In this document: piece after piece, positions 27,374-32,716 of the stretch | Layout: every line of letters begins with the position of its first letter | How positions within the stretch are numbered: position 1 is the first letter of the stretch | Assembly (NCBI GenBank): GCA_038060895.1 | Contig: JBBTCT010000010.1 | Coordinates: 56,733 to 89,448 of the forward strand | Direction of reading: 5' to 3' | Length of the DNA stretch: 32,716 bases | DNA from: Planctomycetota bacterium | GTDB lineage: Bacteria > Planctomycetota > MHYJ01 > WSZJ01 | Made by a program: the position numbers and the translations under genes | Notes under the pieces: generated by a model | What the model saw: only the letters and a program-made list of their open reading frames with translations | Databases searched by the model: none | What the model was told of the DNA's origin: nothing

Positions 27374-28968
27374 TGGAGCTCCAGTTCGAATTCGAACAGC
27401 GACGTGGCCGGCTGCTTCTCGAACTTCAGGCTCCTGACGGCCAGCCCGAGCGGGTGTTTCTGAAGCGCCGCCCTGTAGTCCTCGAGACTGCCTTTTCCTT
27501 CCTGCGGGTCCTCGATCAGCCCGCGCAAGACCACCTTGTACCCGCGCGCCAGCTTCTCCTCTCCCTGCTCCGGCAGCATCTGGACCTCCGAAATCCACAG
27601 CCCCTCGGGCTTGGTTTCGCGCGCCGCCTGAAGCGCCCGCAGCAGGAATCCGCCCGCCTCCGTCTCACGGCAGAGCAGGTCCACTTTGCGGCGCAGCGTG
27701 TCCCGCTCTTCCAGAAGTTCCGCGCATCGCGCTGAATTGGCATCGAGATCGGCCTTTGCCGCCTTCACCTTGTCCAGCCGCCCCTGCGCTTCCGACTTCG
27801 CGCCGAACGCGCCCGCCGTCTGCACGAGCGCGGCCAGGAGGAGCAGCGCAGCCCCCGCGATCGCGACCGCGCCGCGGCGCTTGAAGTCCCGTGCGTCTCT
27901 CATCTGCTGCGGCAGGAACGAAAGCGTCGTCGCCGGCTTCCCGGAGGCCATGAGTGCGAGCCCGGCCGCCACGGCGAGGTCGCTCGGCGCCGCAAAGAAC
28001 CCCGGCGGAAGGTTCGAGGACTCGATTTCCCAGCCCGTGAAAGGATCGAACGCGCTGACCGGCAGTTTTACGATTTCCGACAGGAACCGGTCGAACCCGG
28101 CGAGCCGCGCGCCGCCTCCGGAGAGCAGGATGCGCGACACCGGCAGGTCGCGCTTCGTCTGCGTCCGAGCAAAATTGATCGAGCCGGAGACCAGCGACGC
28201 AATCTGCCCGGCGGAATTGAGCAGGAACTGCCGGATCTGGTCGGTGCGCTGGTCCGCCTCCCGCGCGCGCGACAGGTCCCCCGCTTCCAGCTTCGACCGC
28301 TCGCCCTCCGCGAGGGGCACTTTCAGCATCGAAGCGATCGCTTCGGAGCAAGTCTTGCCGCCGCCGCCGATGTTCCTCGCGAACGCCAGCTTCCGGTCCT
28401 CGACGATGATGATGTCGATGTTCTCGGCGCCGATGTCCGCGAGCAGCACGGTTTCGCCCGCCCTGCACTCGGGCGACTGCAGAAACACCTCGTAGAGCGC
28501 CAGCGCGTTCGGCACGACGTCCTTCACGACCGCGCGACACTGCTGCAGGAAATTCACGCGCGCGTCGGCGTACTCGGTGCGGATCAGTCCGACGAGAAGC
28601 GGCAGTTCCGCGGCGCCGGGTTCGCCCGGAAGAAGCGCCGAGTCGCAGTACACCGCGCCGGTCTTGCCCTTCACCTGCTGCACTTCGAACGCAATCAGGT
28701 TATTGAGCCCGGAAGGCACGTTCGGGACCTGTGTGAAGCGCAGGTTGACGTCCCTTCCGGTCGCGCCGGCATACGCGGTCCCGTACTTTTCTCCCGCATG
28801 GGACAGAATGGTCATGAGCGCCCGCTGCTGCGCCGCGCGGTCGTCTCCCGATCCCGAGTAATCCTGCCAGCGCACGCGACCGCCGCCGATGACGCGGACG
28901 GAGTCGCCCTTGCGCTCGATTTCGAGCACTTTGATGGAACTCGCGCCGATGTCGATGCCTAGGCCCAT
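27370..28968 (-). CDS. pilM: PilM-PilN fusion protein
   Basis: Actin-like motifs LGIDIGASSIK, LADIGAE, ILLSGGGARL, AVAAGLAL; then LSFLP (INLLP-like), TM, coiled coil and PEGLWISEV in the same frame. Confidence 0.88.
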   Translation of the reverse strand: MGLGIDIGASSIKVLEIERKGDSVRVIGGGRVRWQDYSGSGDDRAAQQRALMTILSHAGEKYGTAYAGATGRDVNLRFTQVPNVPSGLNNLIAFEVQQVKGKTGAVYCDSALLPGEPGAAELPLLVGLIRTEYADARVNFLQQCRAVVKDVVPNALALYEVFLQSPECRAGETVLLADIGAENIDIIIVEDRKLAFARNIGGGGKTCSEAIASMLKVPLAEGERSKLEAGDLSRAREADQRTDQIRQFLLNSAGQIASLVSGSINFARTQTKRDLPVSRILLSGGGARLAGFDRFLSEIVKLPVSAFDPFTGWEIESSNLPPGFFAAPSDLAVAAGLALMASGKPATTLSFLPQQMRDARDFKRRGAVAIAGAALLLLAALVQTAGAFGAKSEAQGRLDKVKAAKADLDANSARCAELLEERDTLRRKVDLLCRETEAGGFLLRALQAARETKPEGLWISEVQMLPEQGEEKLARGYKVVLRGLIEDPQEGKGSLEDYRAALQKHPLGLAVRSLKFEKQPATSLFEFELELQ

Positions 28969-28999
28969 CGGATTCCTCGCAGACTTTCGAAAACAGGAA

Positions 29000-29100
29000 G
29001 CGGGCCAGCGGGCAGGCGGGCAGGCGGGCGGGCAAAGGCAAACCCCTCAAATGAAGGAGGCCTTGGCCATTCGCCCGCTCGCCCGCCAGCCCGCTCGACC
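29000..29100. repeat. Inverted array of GCGGGCAG-like octamers
   Basis: GCGGGC(C)AG units (29000-29035) face CGCCCGCT-like units (29072-29096). Confidence 0.7.
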
Positions 29101-29107
29101 ACCGCCT

Positions 29108-31138
29108 TCACCGGTCGCTCTCCTTCCCCGCAATCCTCTGCAGCAGACTCTCCGCCCTCGCCGCCGCATCCGGGTCGTTCGTCCTGTCCTGCACCGCTTC
29201 GCAGAACGACCTGGCGAGAGCCAGACGCCCTTCGTTCAGGTACGCCTCGGCTGACGTCAGCAGCCGTCCGACCTCCGAGTCAGCCATCTCGCTCGCGATC
29301 TGCTTGCGCAATTCCTCCGTGGCTTCGCGCTCCGACCGCGCCTGGGCCGCGAATTCCGTCCCGTCGAAGTCCGTTTCGATCGCGCGATACTCCCTCACCG
29401 CATCGTCGCACGCCGTTGACTGGCCGCTGAATTCCGCATCGCTCCGGAGGTCGCGCGCCTTGCGAAGTCCCGAGTCCGCGATTTCGCGAAGCGCGTCGGC
29501 CCTTCCCGCCGCCGCCGCCCCGAGCTCGCCTTTCGGGTTTCTCTCCAGCACCGCCTCGTAAAGCGCCAGCGCTTTCCCGAACTGCCGCGCCGACTCCGCC
29601 TTTGCCGCTTCCTCTAGTCCCGCCTGCACCTTGCCGGCGCCCTCGGGGAGGAACGCGACCTCGAACTGCTCGCCGGGAAAGCGGATCACGACGCGGTTGC
29701 CCGCGAGTGAGATTTCGGCGTCCGGGCGGAATTCCAGCGCGACGCGCCCGCCGGCCTTTCCGACGACGGCGCGTCCGGTCTTGACCGCCTCGGCGACCGG
29801 CCGGCCGTCCACGAGCGCCTCGCCGGCTGCGAAGGAGAGCTGGGCGCTGCCCCCCCTGGACTTGAAGCGCATGACGAAACCGTCGCCCTCGGCATCCCGG
29901 TCTTCTTCGACCGTGACCGCGGCGCCCGAGCCCGACGGATTGGGGATTCCGTAGGAGCCGCCGGTGGCCGTGCGTTTCGCGTCGAGGGAGCAGGAAGCGT
30001 CCGCCCCGTCTACGCCTACGGCGGCGGGAATCCAGGCCGACTCGCGGGCGGCGAAATAAAAAACTCCGGGCGCTTCGAAGACCGCGCGCACGCCGCGTCC
30101 CGCGACCGGCGGCCGGTCCGCGAGCGTCGCTTCCGCCAGGTCCACGTCGTCGAACACCGCGCGCGGCGCGTCGCCCGCGACGACGCAGCTGATCTGCGCT
30201 TCCGCCGCGCCCTCCGGGACTGGCCAGGTTCCGCCCGCATCGCCTTCCTCTGCCGACAGGCCGGTGCCGCTCCACGCGAAAGGAGTGTCGCCGCCGGTGC
30301 GGCACCAGCCGATCCGCAGGCCCGCCGTGCCGCCGCTCGCACGCACGAACGCGGTCAGTCGGTACGCCTTGCGCGCCTCGACGGGCTTGCGCGGGCCCCA
30401 GGCTTCGCCCAGCCCTTTTTCCCCCGGCTTGCGCGCGACCTCCAGCCCGTTCCCGTCGCGCCCCGGGACCAGCGCCAGCGCGCTCGGCGTCCCCGGCGCC
30501 GCTTTCCAGTCCTTCGAAAAGTCGGCACCGGCCGCGTAGTCAAACGTGCGCCACGGGTCCGAAACGACGACCGGCCCCGTCTGCTTCTTTCCCTTCAGGA
30601 CCAGCGCCGCCACCACGATCACCAGCACCACGAACACCGCCCCCGCCGCAATCCCCGCGTTCCCGCCGCCGCGCTTGCCCCAGCCCACCACGTCCGACCG
30701 CGAACCGCCCGACCGCGACAGATTTTCGATCGTCTTGGCCGCTTCTTTCAGCTTCCGCGTTTCGGCGCCCTCGATCTTCGGCGCGCCCGAGCCCGACCCC
30801 GCCGAAACCTGGAGCTTGAATCCCCCTGGCTCGGCGATGACCTGGATGCGGCAGATACCGACGTCGATCCTGTCGCCGCCTTTGACCTTTGTTTCTTTCA
30901 CCGTCGCCCCGTTCACCAGCGTCCCGTTGCGGCTCGCCATGTCCTTCACGAGGATCGCCCCATCGACCGCCCGGAGCTCGCAGTGAACGCGCGACAGGCT
31001 GGCGTCCATGATCGCGATCGCATTCTGCGAAGACCGCCCGACCGTGATCGGCTCGGCGGGAAACGGGATGACACGGGGGTCGTCACCCAGCTTCATCATC
31101 AGTGGCGTCATCGCGGCGGCGGCTCCCGGAAGGACCAT
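29108..31138 (-). CDS. FHA-domain membrane protein with extracytoplasmic beta-sandwich and helical tail
   Basis: FHA motifs ITVGR, SLSRVHC, DMASRNGTLVNG; single TM; CBM-like segment (KAYRLTAFVR...AVFDDVDL); TPR-like C-terminus. Start may be 31111. Confidence 0.85.
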   Translation of the reverse strand: MVLPGAAAAMTPLMMKLGDDPRVIPFPAEPITVGRSSQNAIAIMDASLSRVHCELRAVDGAILVKDMASRNGTLVNGATVKETKVKGGDRIDVGICRIQVIAEPGGFKLQVSAGSGSGAPKIEGAETRKLKEAAKTIENLSRSGGSRSDVVGWGKRGGGNAGIAAGAVFVVLVIVVAALVLKGKKQTGPVVVSDPWRTFDYAAGADFSKDWKAAPGTPSALALVPGRDGNGLEVARKPGEKGLGEAWGPRKPVEARKAYRLTAFVRASGGTAGLRIGWCRTGGDTPFAWSGTGLSAEEGDAGGTWPVPEGAAEAQISCVVAGDAPRAVFDDVDLAEATLADRPPVAGRGVRAVFEAPGVFYFAARESAWIPAAVGVDGADASCSLDAKRTATGGSYGIPNPSGSGAAVTVEEDRDAEGDGFVMRFKSRGGSAQLSFAAGEALVDGRPVAEAVKTGRAVVGKAGGRVALEFRPDAEISLAGNRVVIRFPGEQFEVAFLPEGAGKVQAGLEEAAKAESARQFGKALALYEAVLERNPKGELGAAAAGRADALREIADSGLRKARDLRSDAEFSGQSTACDDAVREYRAIETDFDGTEFAAQARSEREATEELRKQIASEMADSEVGRLLTSAEAYLNEGRLALARSFCEAVQDRTNDPDAAARAESLLQRIAGKESDR

Positions 31139-31164
31139 CGTGGGCGCAAGTCCTTAAGGGGAGG

Positions 31165-31194
31165 ATTGTAGCGACGAAGCTCAAGCGGGGTCAA
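31165..31194 (-). promoter_or_regulatory. Sigma70-type promoter of the filament cluster
   Basis: TTGACC (31194-31189), 18-nt spacer, TACAAT (31170-31165). Confidence 0.65.
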
Positions 31195-31459
31195 ACATGC
31201 CTGCTCGTGCAACCCGCGGGCCGGACGGGGCGTGCGAAATCGCGCGAATCGGGGATAAAACGTAAGAGCCGTTAACACTCCTGCCCAAGCGCCGCTTCGG
31301 CCCGCGGCCGATCCAGGCCCATGGCAGAGCGGTGGCTCCTCCTGAAGCGAACCCTTCGTTGAACACCGGAGGCCCTGCCCGGTTGCGACGATTCAACGGG
31401 CTTCCGGGGACACTCATCTTTGCGAACCGCGAACCGCGCGCGGGCGTTAGCATCCCTGT

Positions 31460-32716
31460 ATGCGCCGCCGCGCCGCAGCACTCCTCCTGTTCGTCGCGCT
31501 CGTCCCCCTCTCCGCCGACCCGGATGTCGCGGCCCTCATCTCGAAGCTCGGCGACGACAACTGGCAAACGCGCGAGGACGCGACGTTTGCGCTGATCGAC
31601 GCCGGTGAAGCGGCGCTCCCGGCGCTCCGCGACGCGGCGGGCTCAGCGGACCCGGAAGTCCGGATGCGCGCGCGTGAAGCGATGGACGTCATTGATTCAG
31701 GCATGGGTTCGAAGGGATACCGGAAGTTCGGGAACTTGCAGCAGGCCTGGGGAGATCTTGACGGCAACCAGCGTCTGGAGATGTTCCAGCGGCTCTCGCA
31801 GGGACTGGATCCTTCGGAGCGGGCGCGGGTCTTCGCGAGGCTCGCGATCAAAGAACAGGAACCCGGCATGCGCGGGGTCCTGATCGACGGAGCGCTTCAG
31901 TCGGACGGCGCGCGGGCCATGGCGATTTTCCGCGAGAAGATCGCGACGCTTGACCCGAAGACGGATGCTTCGTTCGTGGTGAAGATCGCGGACTGGTACA
32001 ACGCGAACTCGCAGCCGGCGAAGGCGCTGGAGATCCTGGACAAGGTCTCGGGGCCGATGGATCTTCCGATCGACCTCGCCCAGAAAGTCGCGGCGGTCTA
32101 CGCCGCGAACCGCAACTGGCGGCGCGCGGCCGATGCGTTCGGGAAGCTCTCCGAGCGCGCGCCGCAGCACGACGAAGCGACGGCGGCCGGGGAACGGATC
32201 GCGTACCTGCACCTGGGCGATGACGCGAAGGAGTTCGAAGCGGCGATTGAGCTGGCGGCGCGTGCGAACCCGGATACGCGCGATGCGGCCCTGGCCGCGG
32301 CGCTCGAGAAGCTGACCCGCGAGGGCGCCGCCCGGGGCGCGCTCGCCGTCATCGAACGCGGCGCCGCGGCCGGGTCCGCCGGACAGTTCGCCGTGAAAGC
32401 AGGCCACCTCCTGATGTCGCAGGGCCGGGACGGCGACGCGCTCCTCATGTTCCGCCGCGCGCTCAAAGGCGTCGAAGTCGAGGCCGTCATGGAGTCGTTC
32501 ATCGCCGAGATCAGCAACGCCTGCGCTTCCGCCGGCGAGCAGGCGATCGCGACCCGCGAGTTCGCACTCGAGCTGAAGGACCCTTCGAAGGCGGCAGCGG
32601 CGCACGCCGCGGCCGCGCGGGCGCTGGCCGAAGCGGGCCACGCCGGCGCGGCGGCGGTCGAGTGGCGGCGCGCGGCCGCGCTCTGTCCCGGCTCGCCAAT
32701 CGCGGCGGCCGAAGCG
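31460..32716 (+). CDS. Exported HEAT-repeat/TPR protein, truncated by the window end
   Basis: Not in the ORF track; my translation gives MRRRAAALLLFVALVPLSA-DPDVAALISKLGDDNWQTREDATFALIDAGEAALPALRDAAGSADPEVRMRA, and I saw no stop before the window end. Confidence 0.85.
   Translation, partial: MRRRAAALLLFVALVPLSADPDVAALISKLGDDNWQTREDATFALIDAGEAALPALRDAAGSADPEVRMRAREAMDVIDSGMGSKGYRKFGNLQQAWGDLDGNQRLEMFQRLSQGLDPSERARVFARLAIKEQEPGMRGVLIDGALQSDGARAMAIFREKIATLDPKTDASFVVKIADWYNANSQPAKALEILDKVSGPMDLPIDLAQKVAAVYAANRNWRRAADAFGKLSERAPQHDEATAAGERIAYLHLGDDAKEFEAAIELAARANPDTRDAALAAALEKLTREGAARGALAVIERGAAAGSAGQFAVKAGHLLMSQGRDGDALLMFRRALKGVEVEAVMESFIAEISNACASAGEQAIATREFALELKDPSKAAAAHAAAARALAEAGHAGAAAVEWRRAAALCPGSPIAAAEA

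Noticed and set aside
31181-31567. 128-aa minus-strand ORF in the divergent region
   Set aside because: Overlaps the promoter and the real plus-strand gene; no motifs.

Overview
GC-rich bacterial window; the gene styles (signal peptide plus HEAT/TPR proteins, long RpoD, many prepilin-type genes) suggest Planctomycetota/PVC, which is an inference. From the left: a minus-strand tRNA-Arg(ACG)-tadA-tRNA-Ser(CGA) unit with two long palindromic spacers; a divergent orphan histidine kinase whose membrane domain resembles the YhhQ/VUT queuosine-precursor transporter (then PAS, 3xGAF, HisKA, HATPase); a DCC-type CxxC protein plus HTTM membrane protein pair; and the housekeeping run rsmA, GNAT, dnaG, rpoD, zinc-ribbon protein. 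An ~18.6 kb minus-strand type IV filament cluster (31138 to 12547) encodes an FHA membrane protein, a PilM-PilN fusion, a PilO-like protein, a TPR protein, G- and H-like pilins, two giant (~1270-1330 aa) GspK-like paralogues, and J- and I-like pilins. The giant proteins each carry five copies of a ~65-aa 'RG..GT....H' module, three of them nested inside a split LamG domain. No ATPase, platform protein, secretin or peptidase gene is in the window. A partial HEAT/TPR gene runs off the right end. No CRISPR, rRNA, transposase or integrase was seen. All family calls come from motif recognition by eye, not database searches.
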